From positions 1-38,666 of IMG/VR virus record IMGVR_UViG_3300028588_000048: 38,666 bases of DNA. One strand, given 5' to 3'. Position numbers and translations under genes: made by a program. This DNA is from a virus (Duplodnaviria; Caudoviricetes). The notes beneath the pieces were generated by a model. That model ran no database searches, had not been told where the DNA came from, and was given only the letters and a program-made list of their open reading frames with translations. Below are positions 24,409 to 33,579 of the stretch, piece after piece. Each line of letters begins with the position of its first letter. The stretch's first letter is position 1.

Positions 24409-24856
24409 TAGGTTCCTTTTCCTTTTGCTGGGCTTGCTGCTCGTGCTTCTTGGCTGTTACATGCATCCACATCTTCTGAGCGTAAGGCCATGGAGACAAT
24501 GCGCTCATCTCTCGGCCTAGGTGGATATGCTTCAGATACTCCTGAGACATATCTAGCACCAAATCAGCCTGCCAGGGAGCTAGCTCGGTCCCTCGCCTAC
24601 GCTCCCATGGCTCTAAGTCAGCTTCTACTAACGGCATTTCACCGCGTATCGGGCCAACTTTAAATAGCAGGTCGATCAGATGCATTCCTGCCTCTACCTC
24701 GGGCATTGGCACTCGCCCTAGGATTTCTTGTACATCAAGACGGCGAGCGCGTTGTTTTGGCGCTTTGCTGTCCTTACTCTCAGGCGTTGCGTTTAGCCAG
24801 GCTGCGTGGCCGACGTATTCGAGACAGTCGGATCGGATGCCTGCGAGAAGTTTCCC
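24374..24856 (-). CDS. Tail assembly chaperone GT C-terminal part, reached by -1 frameshift
   Basis: The -1 frame is open from the slippery site to 24374 (..LEYVGHAAWLNATPE...VPMPEVEAG..). Confidence 0.75.
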   Translation of the reverse strand, partial: GKLLAGIRSDCLEYVGHAAWLNATPESKDSKAPKQRARRLDVQEILGRVPMPEVEAGMHLIDLLFKVGPIRGEMPLVEADLEPWERRRGTELAPWQADLVLDMSQEYLKHIHLGREMSALSPWPYAQKMWMHVTAKKHEQQAQQKEKEPNGTRKRHRNSS

Positions 24857-25224
24857 CGGTCGTTGTAGAACTTTTCTACACCATCAGCGATGTGACCAAG
24901 TGGGCGATCCATGTACAGAGCGCGTGCGCCGCCTTCGTAGTCGAAATCCATCGCCTCGGTGATGTCAGCCAGGAATTCGGCCCGCTCGCGCAGCTCGTCA
25001 TCCTCAGTACGCTTCGAGGTCTTGCCGCCCATCTGGCCGATGACGCGCAGGCTACGTGCATCATCGCGTTTGAACTGTGCGCGGGCTGCTTTCTTGGTGC
25101 CGGGGCCAGCAACGGTGATGGTGATCGCATTGCCTTTGTCGTCGTACTGCGGATCGCCACCAGCGTCGGTAACGTGGTACTTAGCCGAATCGGCAATTGC
25201 GAGCTTCTTGATATTGAATTTCAT
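24793..25224 (-). CDS. Tail assembly chaperone G
   Basis: Between tail tube and tape measure; ITI.V.GPGT motif. Confidence 0.85.
   Translation of the reverse strand: MKFNIKKLAIADSAKYHVTDAGGDPQYDDKGNAITITVAGPGTKKAARAQFKRDDARSLRVIGQMGGKTSKRTEDDELRERAEFLADITEAMDFDYEGGARALYMDRPLGHIADGVEKFYNDRGNFSQASDPTVSNTSATQPG
24850..24856 (-). other. Programmed -1 ribosomal frameshift site G GGA AAC
   Basis: XXXYYYZ heptamer in the correct phase near the end of chaperone G (R-G-N-F). Confidence 0.8.
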
Positions 25225-25257
25225 TTCATTTCCTTTAGGAGGGAGTTAATGCCCGTG

Positions 25258-25305
25258 CTGCGTGTGCGCTGCCTCCCTCCCAAGGATAGGCAGACACACA
25301 CGCAG
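25258..25305 (-). other. Long intergenic hairpin between tail tube and chaperone genes
   Basis: Nested pairing CTGCGTGTG/CACACGCAG and CTGCCT/AGGCAG; no U-tract. Confidence 0.6.
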
Positions 25306-25338
25306 TCGGTGCCAGGGCTGGCCTAATGGCCGAAAGTA

Positions 25339-25839
25339 TTACGGAGTGTCGTCTTCTTCTGGCGGCACAGGGGTGACTGCTGGGATGGTATCCGACTGGC
25401 GCAGCAGCGACATAGTGCCAGTGCGCGCATCGTTGTTGCCGCCGCCCGCTTCTTGGAAGGTCGAAACCTGAGCCGAGAAGTATTCAACGTCACCAAGCTG
25501 GCTCACGACAGCAAAGCCGTAAGTGTCATAGTTCTCGCTGCCTTCGCGTGCGGTGATCTGGCCTGGCTGATCTGGGAGCCACAGCACAGGGAATTCAGCG
25601 GTGCCGTAAGTGAACTCGCCTTTTTTGACCCGGTTACGACCCGAGCTGACCACCGAAACAGAAGCCTCGCTGTATTCGCGGCCACTGTAGACGCCGACGC
25701 TGGTGATCGTGATTTCTTCCGCGCCAGTGCCGAAGAAGGTTTCCCATGCAGCTTCGTCGTTGGTTGCGGGCCGACCAGCTTTGATATAAAGCTTAGTGCC
25801 GGCGTAAGTCTCGAAGTCCTCTTCAAATGGAAGTGCCAT
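25339..25839 (-). CDS. Major tail (tube) protein
   Basis: T.AGTKLYI.A..PAT.D, K.KG...YG, D.PGQ motifs; position; AGGAG SD. Confidence 0.85.
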   Translation of the reverse strand: MALPFEEDFETYAGTKLYIKAGRPATNDEAAWETFFGTGAEEITITSVGVYSGREYSEASVSVVSSGRNRVKKGEFTYGTAEFPVLWLPDQPGQITAREGSENYDTYGFAVVSQLGDVEYFSAQVSTFQEAGGGNNDARTGTMSLLRQSDTIPAVTPVPPEEDDTP

Positions 25840-25904
25840 TTCTTTCTCCTAAATAAAGCCCGCGCGCGGGATGCGGTACGGGCGGGCTGAAGCATTCCGC
25901 TATT

Positions 25905-26312
25905 CTAGTTTGCTTCGATGAAAGTTACCATAAAATCTCGTGATTGTTCGTGGATATTGTCGTCTGTAGCTTCAATATACGGACCGACTGCTTCACGGAT
26001 AATCGAGCGAACCTTAAACGTTGCAACAGTGCCGGTATAAACGCCACGCCCAAGAGCGCACGCTTTCAAAATGCGCTCCATCTCAACAAATGTCCTGCCG
26101 TAGACAGTGACTTGAATACGTTCCCTGACCATCTTCACACTCAGATTATTTGCGGTAGTCCACTGCTCATTAGCGCTGACTGAGCGGACGCTAATAGCTG
26201 GCAATACGGTGCCTTGAGCAACGGTGCCAGCGATGATCTTATTGACAGGGACAAGCCCTGTAACAGGCGTGTGCGCCGCAAGCAATGAACGAATGATTGC
26301 GGTGCCGCTCAT
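25905..26312 (-). CDS. Tail completion/terminator protein (DUF3168-like)
   Basis: IRSLL.A...V..LV...I......Q....PAI, R.QV.VY; position. Confidence 0.8.
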   Translation of the reverse strand: MSGTAIIRSLLAAHTPVTGLVPVNKIIAGTVAQGTVLPAISVRSVSANEQWTTANNLSVKMVRERIQVTVYGRTFVEMERILKACALGRGVYTGTVATFKVRSIIREAVGPYIEATDDNIHEQSRDFMVTFIEAN

Positions 26313-26809
26313 TCTGTTTGGTCCGAAGGTAACGGCGCAGAAGTATTCAAACCCTGTTTATTAAGCAGCTCTCGTATTTTTTTCTCCACAGCTTTCACAG
26401 CCTCCGGGAATTTTGCATCAACAGCGGGACGAACAAATGGCTTTCCTGGCGATCCAGGGTGATCAACTTCGCGGCGCACTGTGCCATTGATATCCAAGCC
26501 ACTGCGGGGCTTAGCTATTATCTTGTGCGGACGAGTGCCAAACTCCACTAGGTGCGCGTACCACGCCTTTGCATTGCCAATCTTCACACTGGCCGATACT
26601 TGCCCACCACGAGCCCGAGTACTAATTCGCACGCTCTTTTTTAAAGCGCCACTGGACACAGGAACATTCTGGCGCACTTCCTCACGGAACACGACAGCAC
26701 CCGCACGAAGGCCGGCCTGGTTGATGTTCTTATGCATCTTGGGTGCGAGTGTCTGCAAGAGATCGTCTAGCTCACGACCACCAGAAATTATCTCGTCACG
26801 CGCCGCCAT
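26309..26809 (-). CDS. HK97 gp10-family tail morphogenesis protein
   Basis: PV.SGALKKS, WYAHLVEFGT, HPG...KPFVRPA. Start reassigned to ATG 26809. Confidence 0.9.
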   Translation of the reverse strand: MAARDEIISGGRELDDLLQTLAPKMHKNINQAGLRAGAVVFREEVRQNVPVSSGALKKSVRISTRARGGQVSASVKIGNAKAWYAHLVEFGTRPHKIIAKPRSGLDINGTVRREVDHPGSPGKPFVRPAVDAKFPEAVKAVEKKIRELLNKQGLNTSAPLPSDQTE

Positions 26810-27155
26810 TTGACGAATACTCCCTAATGGTGAATTCTGTCCACTCGCGCCGGCCAATCTCAGCAGGCCCGCCGCTAATCTGGTAAATCTCGTCTACCTC
26901 GTTATGCACAATGATGCGCATGTCGGATGACAGGTCGCGGCGATAACGGATGCGAACACGGCCAGGACGGTCAGCCATACGCAAACCGTTCTGCACAGAC
27001 TCAGAGCGGCTAGGGAGGTCATCCTTTACCTCGGCGGGAATACGCACGGCGCGCTCGACGTTCTCCCAACCTCCAGGTTGCGGCCCATAGATCGGATCGC
27101 CAATATCAACAGGGCGTTGGATGGTGATGCGCCGATCCATTTGCCCCGCTCTCAT
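26796..27155 (-). CDS. Head closure / head-tail adaptor (SPP1 gp16-like)
   Basis: MRAGQMDRRITIQ, RIRYR.D....MRI. Confidence 0.9.
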   Translation of the reverse strand: MRAGQMDRRITIQRPVDIGDPIYGPQPGGWENVERAVRIPAEVKDDLPSRSESVQNGLRMADRPGRVRIRYRRDLSSDMRIIVHNEVDEIYQISGGPAEIGRREWTEFTIREYSSNGGA

Positions 27156-27769
27156 TCGTACACCATGTAAGGCTGGAGGAACATCTTTTCGTACATCTCA
27201 GGCAGAGGCGCAACTGACACTCCTGCAATTACGCTTTCACGATGCGCGTACATGGATCCGATTTGCAGTAGCATCCACATGATGATTTGCTCTGGCACTT
27301 CGCCAACTGGATAGCCCGCGAGGTATCGCACGGTGATCACTGAGCGCCGCGCATAGAGAACTGGCATTGGTGCGCCGCCAGCAAATCCAAGCTGCGTTAC
27401 TCCATCTTGGAATGTATAGTAGGAGTCACTTGGAAGTGATTGCAGGTTTCCATCGGCGTCTAGGTAATCAACGCCAAGCAATTCCACGAATGGCGGTTTG
27501 AGCAGAGGCATCTTGCAGCCCCATCCGTCGAAGGATGCAACCAATTCTCGCTGCGTAATCGTGCGGTTAATCCTGCCCTCTGCCATCTGGCGAGCAGCGA
27601 CGATCAGCGCCTGAATATAGGCGTCGTCATCATCAAGCACGCCTTCTAAGCGAAGATGAGTCTTTGCACGCTCAAGGCTAATCGGTTCCTCAGCAGGATC
27701 CACAGAGGCCACAGACGCCATACGCGACATAATCGGAGCTTGCTCAACCAGTTTGGTAGCGTCGATCAT
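27152..27769 (-). CDS. Head-tail connector (gp6-like, long form)
   Basis: EPISLERAK.HLR, DD.YI..LI.AAR..AE, Y.AGY...VP, IG..YAHRE. Confidence 0.9.
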   Translation of the reverse strand: MIDATKLVEQAPIMSRMASVASVDPAEEPISLERAKTHLRLEGVLDDDDAYIQALIVAARQMAEGRINRTITQRELVASFDGWGCKMPLLKPPFVELLGVDYLDADGNLQSLPSDSYYTFQDGVTQLGFAGGAPMPVLYARRSVITVRYLAGYPVGEVPEQIIMWMLLQIGSMYAHRESVIAGVSVAPLPEMYEKMFLQPYMVYE

Positions 27770-28083
27770 CAGTTTTCTACCTCTTTGAACCAGATGGTCT
27801 TGTCGAACTGCTGATTGTCAGTAGTGTCAACGCGGAATGTGCAATGCGCGTCGGCTTCGCTGAAGTCCACCTTCAGCTTCACAGGTAGCAAAGAACCTTG
27901 AGCGCCTTGCGGAACGTCTTTCAGCAGGACGGTGCAGCCCACTGGAATGCACTCAAACGAAGACGCGTCAGTGTTATTGTCCGTGAGCCACTTGAGGACG
28001 TTGGCGACGTAATTAACCTCATCGTCGGGGTCAACGTCGAGGAAATGCTTATCGCCTTCTTTGTATGGCTCGTATCGGGTCAT
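27769..28083 (-). CDS. Small virion protein, possible fibre adaptor
   Basis: DPDDEVNY...W..W motif, beta-rich; coupled to neighbours. Confidence 0.6.
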   Translation of the reverse strand: MTRYEPYKEGDKHFLDVDPDDEVNYVANVLKWLTDNNTDASSFECIPVGCTVLLKDVPQGAQGSLLPVKLKVDFSEADAHCTFRVDTTDNQQFDKTIWFKEVEN

Positions 28084-29156
28084 TGGAATTCCACTAGTCG
28101 CTTACTTCCCTCGAATGATACCACTCGTTTGCTACCTTCAAAAGAAACAACTCTCCGCGAACCTTCAAAGACTACTGTTTGGCGCGGCGGGACTAGGAGA
28201 GCATCGATAAAGTCCTGCCCTTGTCCCTGAACTGAGATAGAAAGTGCGCTTACTTCAGATTTCTCCAACCACCCAATATTGATAGTAACAGGAGTGGCTA
28301 ATGAAATTGCAATCGCAGTGCCTTCAGCTTGCTCCGTCCATGAAGCTGACAAATTAACTCTAACGGCTATCGAAGCACTGCTAATTTCATCTTGCTCTAC
28401 CCAGTTTATAGAGCCGATGATTTGCTGAACGGGCGATGCTGCCGAAATAGCAATAGCGTTTGATTCGTTCTGCTCAGTCCACGATACCGATAAATTTACT
28501 ATTACCGTTGCAGCAACGGAGTTAGTCTCGCGCTGCTCGGTCCATGCTGAAGTAATTGAGACAGGCTGTGAAATTTCGATTGGCGCAGATCGTAAGTTAT
28601 CGATGCGAATCTGAGACGTATTGGCACTCGCCATACGCAAGCCGGTATAGCCGGCAGCGGTAATCGAGGTATCAGTGACCGGCCCTAAAACTAAAACGTC
28701 GTCTAGTAGTGCGCTGATCTGATCTGCCTGCATCCTAAGCGTGATCTTAGGATTTGCCCCCGCAGGATAATTCAACGGCATTGAGAGCAGTGTAGCGGTC
28801 GCGCCGTTGACGAACCGGGCCAGAACCAAGCCCGTGCTGTTGTTAACCAGGCGAACTTGGTAGAACGTTACTTGTGCTGCTCCAGTTCCAGCCATTCGTC
28901 CGCAAATGCCCACTGATGGCGTGCCGCCACCACTGACAACAACAAGTGTTGCGCTTACATCATAGTCAGGGCTTGGAGCCAGGGAATTAGCGTTTGCGTA
29001 GACACTGGTATTGGTCGTTTGCTGTCGTGCAGCACTTCCAAATACATCAACTGCGCCAGCAGGTGTAGACGTAGATCTTACCCATGCCGCAGAATAGGTT
29101 TCAAGCAGAGCCCCATCGGTGGCATTGAAGTCATCGGAGAAGAACGGAGTAGCCAT
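28080..29156 (-). CDS. Putative head/neck fibre: beta-sandwich (lectin-like) N-domain plus five WxEQxE repeats
   Basis: FSDDFN...GYTGLR......DN pattern; repeats WTEQRE/WTEQNE/WVEQDE/WTEQAE/WLEKSE; terminal (VVxFEGSxR) x3. Confidence 0.6.
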   Translation of the reverse strand: MATPFFSDDFNATDGALLETYSAAWVRSTSTPAGAVDVFGSAARQQTTNTSVYANANSLAPSPDYDVSATLVVVSGGGTPSVGICGRMAGTGAAQVTFYQVRLVNNSTGLVLARFVNGATATLLSMPLNYPAGANPKITLRMQADQISALLDDVLVLGPVTDTSITAAGYTGLRMASANTSQIRIDNLRSAPIEISQPVSITSAWTEQRETNSVAATVIVNLSVSWTEQNESNAIAISAASPVQQIIGSINWVEQDEISSASIAVRVNLSASWTEQAEGTAIAISLATPVTINIGWLEKSEVSALSISVQGQGQDFIDALLVPPRQTVVFEGSRRVVSFEGSKRVVSFEGSKRLVEFQ

Positions 29157-29158
29157 CT

Positions 29159-29530
29159 CTATTGGGCAAGGGCGCTAACACGCAGATTTTCAAGCAAATC
29201 GCCAAACGTATCCGCTTGATCCAGCGCGTACAACGGGATATTACGCCTGACTAGTGCGGCGCTTACTACGTCACGGTCTTGCTGCGAAAGCATTGCACTT
29301 CGCTCAAGGAAAGGAAGTACATCAAGCCGAATGTCATTCGACATCGCCTCCAATCCCTCTGGCGTGGCGATCATTACTCTCGCCACTGCCCAGTTTCCAG
29401 GGGTAGGTATCTCTGCAACCATGTGCGCCCACCCCCAACCAGTTCCAGGGAAGTCAGCAACAGCCAAGCGCCACTCGTCAACGTCAGGCTCGCCCGTGCC
29501 GATGATATCCGCGATGAAGTATCGGTCCAT
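29159..29530 (-). CDS. Hypothetical protein
   Basis: Coupled within the accessory virion block. Confidence 0.7.
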   Translation of the reverse strand: MDRYFIADIIGTGEPDVDEWRLAVADFPGTGWGWAHMVAEIPTPGNWAVARVMIATPEGLEAMSNDIRLDVLPFLERSAMLSQQDRDVVSAALVRRNIPLYALDQADTFGDLLENLRVSALAQ

Positions 29531-29916
29531 TATGCGTTGCCGCCGTTGATGGCCCAGCTCGTAACCGATACCTGTGCCCCGGTGCTAACACTTGCAGCGC
29601 TCAAGATAACCTCAGTTCCAGAAGTTCCAGCGGTCAGGTCCATAACGTAAGTTCCATCAGATTTCGTTACTCGCGCCCAAGTCGCAGTACCGTCAGCAAC
29701 CGCATTGACTGCTGCCGGCAGATTCGGCGACTGTACCCGGTTCGATGGAACTGGCGCGAAAGGACTACCAAGCGTGAACTGTGCAAGTAGAGTACCCGCG
29801 GCGCCGCCTGCTGCTGGTTTGGTGCCAGCATAGATATTCAACTTACCTGCATTACCGATGATGGTCGAGTTGGCGGCAAGCTTTGCGTTGACAAGCTCGG
29901 TGCTGTAATTTGCCAT
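29530..29916 (-). CDS. Small beta-rich virion (fibre/decoration-type) protein
   Basis: GKL.IY.GT.PA...LLA.FTL..P...GTATWAR......V.D...G.SG motif common in phage structural regions. Confidence 0.65.
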   Translation of the reverse strand: MANYSTELVNAKLAANSTIIGNAGKLNIYAGTKPAAGGAAGTLLAQFTLGSPFAPVPSNRVQSPNLPAAVNAVADGTATWARVTKSDGTYVMDLTAGTSGTEVILSAASVSTGAQVSVTSWAINGGNA

Positions 29917-29930
29917 TTTCTTCTTTCAGT

Positions 29931-32090
29931 TTACTGTTCAATAATTACAACGGTATAAAGGTAGCCTTCTTCCATCTGGCTATCAATAAGCTTCCCTGCA
30001 TCGCTCTTGGTCAAATCTCGGTTGACCGTTTCAACCATCACATGCGGCTCATCTAAAGACTCTTTAGGACGAGGAACGATAGCAAACTGCGGACCAGTCC
30101 TGTAATCGGGCTTTGCAGCACGCGATTCGAAGCGCGCCCATGCTTCGTCCGCCTTAGTAACGCCAAGCGTAGCCGCCACGGCAAGAGCTGGCTGCATGTT
30201 GGAGGGGTAGCCCATATTCGAATCGGAGAAGCCGCCCATCCGGCCTACAGCCCATGTAAAGCCATTCGTTGCGGTCATCCAGTCAGCCTGCTCCTTGCTT
30301 CCGCATGGCTGATCGATGAACTTCAGGCCCTTCGGATGTTTGAGCGCCTTGCTCTCAAATGAAATCTTGTCGCCGCCGAAGTTAAACTGGTACATATCAG
30401 CTAGATTCGAGAACAGAGGCTCTTTAGGGCCAGGCCGGAACTCCATGTAGTACGCAGCAGCGGCAATCTGGCAGAATCCAGGCGTTGTCATACGACCAAC
30501 CGGATACTTTGCCTTCCATTCAAGGATCGGACGCGCTTTATCGAAGCCAAGTTCGACCAGATAGCCAAAGCTCCAAGTCAGGAAGTCATCCTGCCACGGT
30601 GCCGAAGCGGTGATTTGGAAAGAGTTCTTGCCTGAACCATCATAGACGCCCAACTGGTTAGGATTACCCTCAACGTAGGTAGCGTGATAAACGTCCAGAT
30701 TGTGACCGAGCTGCGCAATGAAATAGTCCTTCAGGGGATGGCTATCAGGCGTGATGTACGCCGCATGACCCAGCGTGCGCAGGGACCATGCCTGACCGCG
30801 AACTTGCTGCCAGTTCACCAGACCTTTTTCGTATCCACGATTGCCGGGATCAGTCTCAAGCGTGTTGCTGGTTGCCCAAAACTGAAGCTCTTCGAGGAAA
30901 TAGTAATCGCCTGTCAGAAGGTAAGGCAGATATGCAAAGGATGGTTGGTGCGCTGTGTCATTCGACAGAGGCGTGGACAGAGTACCCTTGCCGGTGGCGA
31001 AACGAGGGACAGGTAGTGGCCCTTTGTTAGACAAGTTCATGTGCGTAGAGATGTTCTTGTTCTTCTCATTATCGGTACGCACAGGATAGCCAGTGTTCTC
31101 GTCGCGGTAGTGGATAGACCAGCTACCTGAACCCTCAGCAGCCGCCATCATGACATCACGCGGGCGCTTATCAGCCGACAGCAGATACATCACGTACCAA
31201 CTTGGCAGCGGGCCGATATCGGGGCGTCCGCCAGTCGTACCCATGGCCTTATTAATCGGCCCAACTTCCATGATCTCAGTGTTCTTATCGGTCACACGCT
31301 TAGTCACAGATTCCAAATTCTTCTCAAGCGGTGTTGCGGATCGGTCGTAGTTAGAAACCGCCTTTGTGCCAATGACGTATTCTGGATCGTGCTGAACATG
31401 GATCAACGGTTCGCCGCCAGTCCAGAACACCTTACGCCAGCGCGCATGATGATAGTGCATCAGCCCTTGTCGCTCGAATGCAACCTTGCCTGCAAGCTTG
31501 ATCGAAACGTCATACTTGAAGTTATTAGCGCCTGGTGCAAACGTCTTCGTGTTCTCGATGATGACTTCGATTCGGGCATGCTTCGAGACATAGCCACGGA
31601 TGCCAGCACGGACAGTCAAGTGAGGGTGCGGATTGCCCTTAGCGTCGACAAGAGGCGCATCGACAATCGATTCTGCGACCACATGACCGCTCAGCCACTC
31701 GATAGCCTTGCCAGACAGCGCGCCGGCAGTGTATTTGACGCCATCAATGGTGATTTCGACGGAGCCAGCAAGGCCAGCGAGGTCAGGTACGAACTTACCC
31801 TTTACCTGATCCGACTTCGCTAGTTGTAACGTCTCTGTGACACCCTTATCGATCTTAGGAAGCACTCCAGACAATACAGCATGACGTACCGAGCCATCTG
31901 GGTGAGTAGCCTTCTGATCGAATTGCAGCGCGATCTTGGAACCGTCCTCTAGCACAGCAGACAGCCCCTCTCCAGGCTTCACATGACCAACCGCAAACAC
32001 CTGACCAAAGGTAAAAGGTACATTTGACTGTGCCGCACCAAGATTCTCGATGCGGATAGTTGGCAGTTTATCCTGGGAGGGATTAGCCAT
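29931..32090 (-). CDS. 719-aa putative carbohydrate-active protein (beta domains plus alpha/alpha toroid; YetA/PcRGLX-like architecture)
   Basis: N-terminal VPFTFGQVF..G......Q....A.H.DGSVRHA; aromatic-rich DTAHQP...YL.YLLTGD.Y.LEE and QVRGQAWSLRTL motifs. Confidence 0.55.
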   Translation of the reverse strand: MANPSQDKLPTIRIENLGAAQSNVPFTFGQVFAVGHVKPGEGLSAVLEDGSKIALQFDQKATHPDGSVRHAVLSGVLPKIDKGVTETLQLAKSDQVKGKFVPDLAGLAGSVEITIDGVKYTAGALSGKAIEWLSGHVVAESIVDAPLVDAKGNPHPHLTVRAGIRGYVSKHARIEVIIENTKTFAPGANNFKYDVSIKLAGKVAFERQGLMHYHHARWRKVFWTGGEPLIHVQHDPEYVIGTKAVSNYDRSATPLEKNLESVTKRVTDKNTEIMEVGPINKAMGTTGGRPDIGPLPSWYVMYLLSADKRPRDVMMAAAEGSGSWSIHYRDENTGYPVRTDNEKNKNISTHMNLSNKGPLPVPRFATGKGTLSTPLSNDTAHQPSFAYLPYLLTGDYYFLEELQFWATSNTLETDPGNRGYEKGLVNWQQVRGQAWSLRTLGHAAYITPDSHPLKDYFIAQLGHNLDVYHATYVEGNPNQLGVYDGSGKNSFQITASAPWQDDFLTWSFGYLVELGFDKARPILEWKAKYPVGRMTTPGFCQIAAAAYYMEFRPGPKEPLFSNLADMYQFNFGGDKISFESKALKHPKGLKFIDQPCGSKEQADWMTATNGFTWAVGRMGGFSDSNMGYPSNMQPALAVAATLGVTKADEAWARFESRAAKPDYRTGPQFAIVPRPKESLDEPHVMVETVNRDLTKSDAGKLIDSQMEEGYLYTVVIIEQ

Positions 32091-32092
32091 GA

Positions 32093-32326
32093 TTAGTCGG
32101 CTTTCTTGATGCGCTTGTTGGCAGGAGCGTCGGCCATCTTGTTCTCTGGCGCTTCGGCCATCTTGGCTTGGGTTTCTGATTCGACATCGCTGCCGACTTC
32201 AATCAGACCCGACTTCTCCAGATCGTGAGCTTCAGCCTTGGTAAATTGCCCTTGCTCATTCTCTGCATATGGCTTGTTGCCGTGATAGAACGGCACTTTG
32301 ACAGTTGCATTAACTTTCATAGCCAT
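32093..32326 (-). CDS. Small capsid-adjacent protein
   Basis: AAGGAG SD; repeated KMA.AP.NK tail typical of the gene after HK97-type capsids. Confidence 0.75.
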   Translation of the reverse strand: MAMKVNATVKVPFYHGNKPYAENEQGQFTKAEAHDLEKSGLIEVGSDVESETQAKMAEAPENKMADAPANKRIKKAD

Positions 32327-32338
32327 CTCCTTAAATTC

Positions 32339-32364
32339 AAAAAAGGGGCGACCTAAGCCGCCCC
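32339..32364 (-). terminator. Intrinsic terminator after the capsid gene
   Basis: GGGGCGGC-TTAG-GTCGCCCC followed by T6. Confidence 0.85.
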
Positions 32365-32370
32365 GGTTAC

Positions 32371-33570
32371 TTAGGCTGCTGGAGCCAGCGAACCCTTGAT
32401 ACGGGCTTCAGGGCGGTAATCTGCCAGTGCCAGACGTTCCTCGGCCATGATCGTGACCATGTTGTTTACGAAGTTATTCCCGTCTTCAGTCGAAACCACA
32501 ATATTCGCGTCTTCGCGGTCAAAGATCTGAGCCGATTGACGGAAGTTACCTGCCAAGAACTGCTGGTCCGGCATTGCCAGAGTGGTGACGATGCGGCGGC
32601 CCCACAGGGTAGGTTGCAGGTTGCCTTGCGGATTCCCGATCAAGTAGCGACCTTGGGTATCCTTGGTCAGCTCGATACGCGCCCATGCGCTTGGGTGCAT
32701 GACGGCAGCATCCGCTGGCAGCAGAGCCAGTTCGCCTTGCAGGAAAGCCAAGCGCAAGATGTCGATAGCCGTCGCGCCGGTGACTGCGAACGGAGCGGCA
32801 TATGCTTGCGCGGTGGTGTAAATGCCAGCCAGGTTGTTGCCCGTACCCGAACCCATCAGCAGTTGCAGATCTTCGACATATTCCAGGCCATAGCGCAGGC
32901 GTTGGTCGATGGTCGATTGCAGAGCTGGAGCATCGTCCAGAATCTCGGTGGTAGCCTTGATCCAGTGAGCCAGCTTGATAACCTTGGCGTCGCGCTGCTC
33001 GAAGGTCAGATTCGACTCAGGCTTCAGCGTGCCTTCAGCAACAGGAGCAGCATTGTTGGTAAAGAGCAGTTCGCGGAAATACTGAATCAGGTTGGACGAA
33101 GTACGGCCAGGGGCAAGCAGGTCGCGCACACGCAGGGGACGCTGTGGGATTTCGATGATGCCTTCGCGACGATCAGGCGCGATGAGCGTACCGCCGCTTG
33201 CAGCCAAGCTAGTGATTTGCTTAACATCGACGCGGATCGACTGGCCACGCTGCAGACGGTCGCCGCGATCTTGGAACGACTTGAATTGTTCGCTCTCGAT
33301 GAAGCTATAGCCAGCGGTGTCAGGAGTTTCTTTCGCAGCGCTGCCACCGCGACGGGCCATCTTCTGCTCGAAGTCGTCCATGCGTGCCAGGGCTTCGCCT
33401 TGTTTCAGCATCAGTTCATCGGTGACTTCTTTCAGCTGAGCCGACATATCCTTGCCGGTCTTCGCCAGAGCGATAGCTTCCTCAGCTTTTTCGCGCACGC
33501 GGTCCGTTGCAGTGTGGGCTTCCGACTTGATGCGGGTCAGTTCTTGCAGAATTTCGTTGTCAGTGCTCAT
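32371..33570 (-). CDS. Major capsid protein, HK97 family
   Basis: Coiled-coil delta domain, V.EG.LKPES, EILDDAP.L, G.GTG.NL.GI, LWG..IV, AEERLAL..YRP.A. Confidence 0.97.
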   Translation of the reverse strand: MSTDNEILQELTRIKSEAHTATDRVREKAEEAIALAKTGKDMSAQLKEVTDELMLKQGEALARMDDFEQKMARRGGSAAKETPDTAGYSFIESEQFKSFQDRGDRLQRGQSIRVDVKQITSLAASGGTLIAPDRREGIIEIPQRPLRVRDLLAPGRTSSNLIQYFRELLFTNNAAPVAEGTLKPESNLTFEQRDAKVIKLAHWIKATTEILDDAPALQSTIDQRLRYGLEYVEDLQLLMGSGTGNNLAGIYTTAQAYAAPFAVTGATAIDILRLAFLQGELALLPADAAVMHPSAWARIELTKDTQGRYLIGNPQGNLQPTLWGRRIVTTLAMPDQQFLAGNFRQSAQIFDREDANIVVSTEDGNNFVNNMVTIMAEERLALADYRPEARIKGSLAPAA

Positions 33571-33579
33571 GGTGATTCC

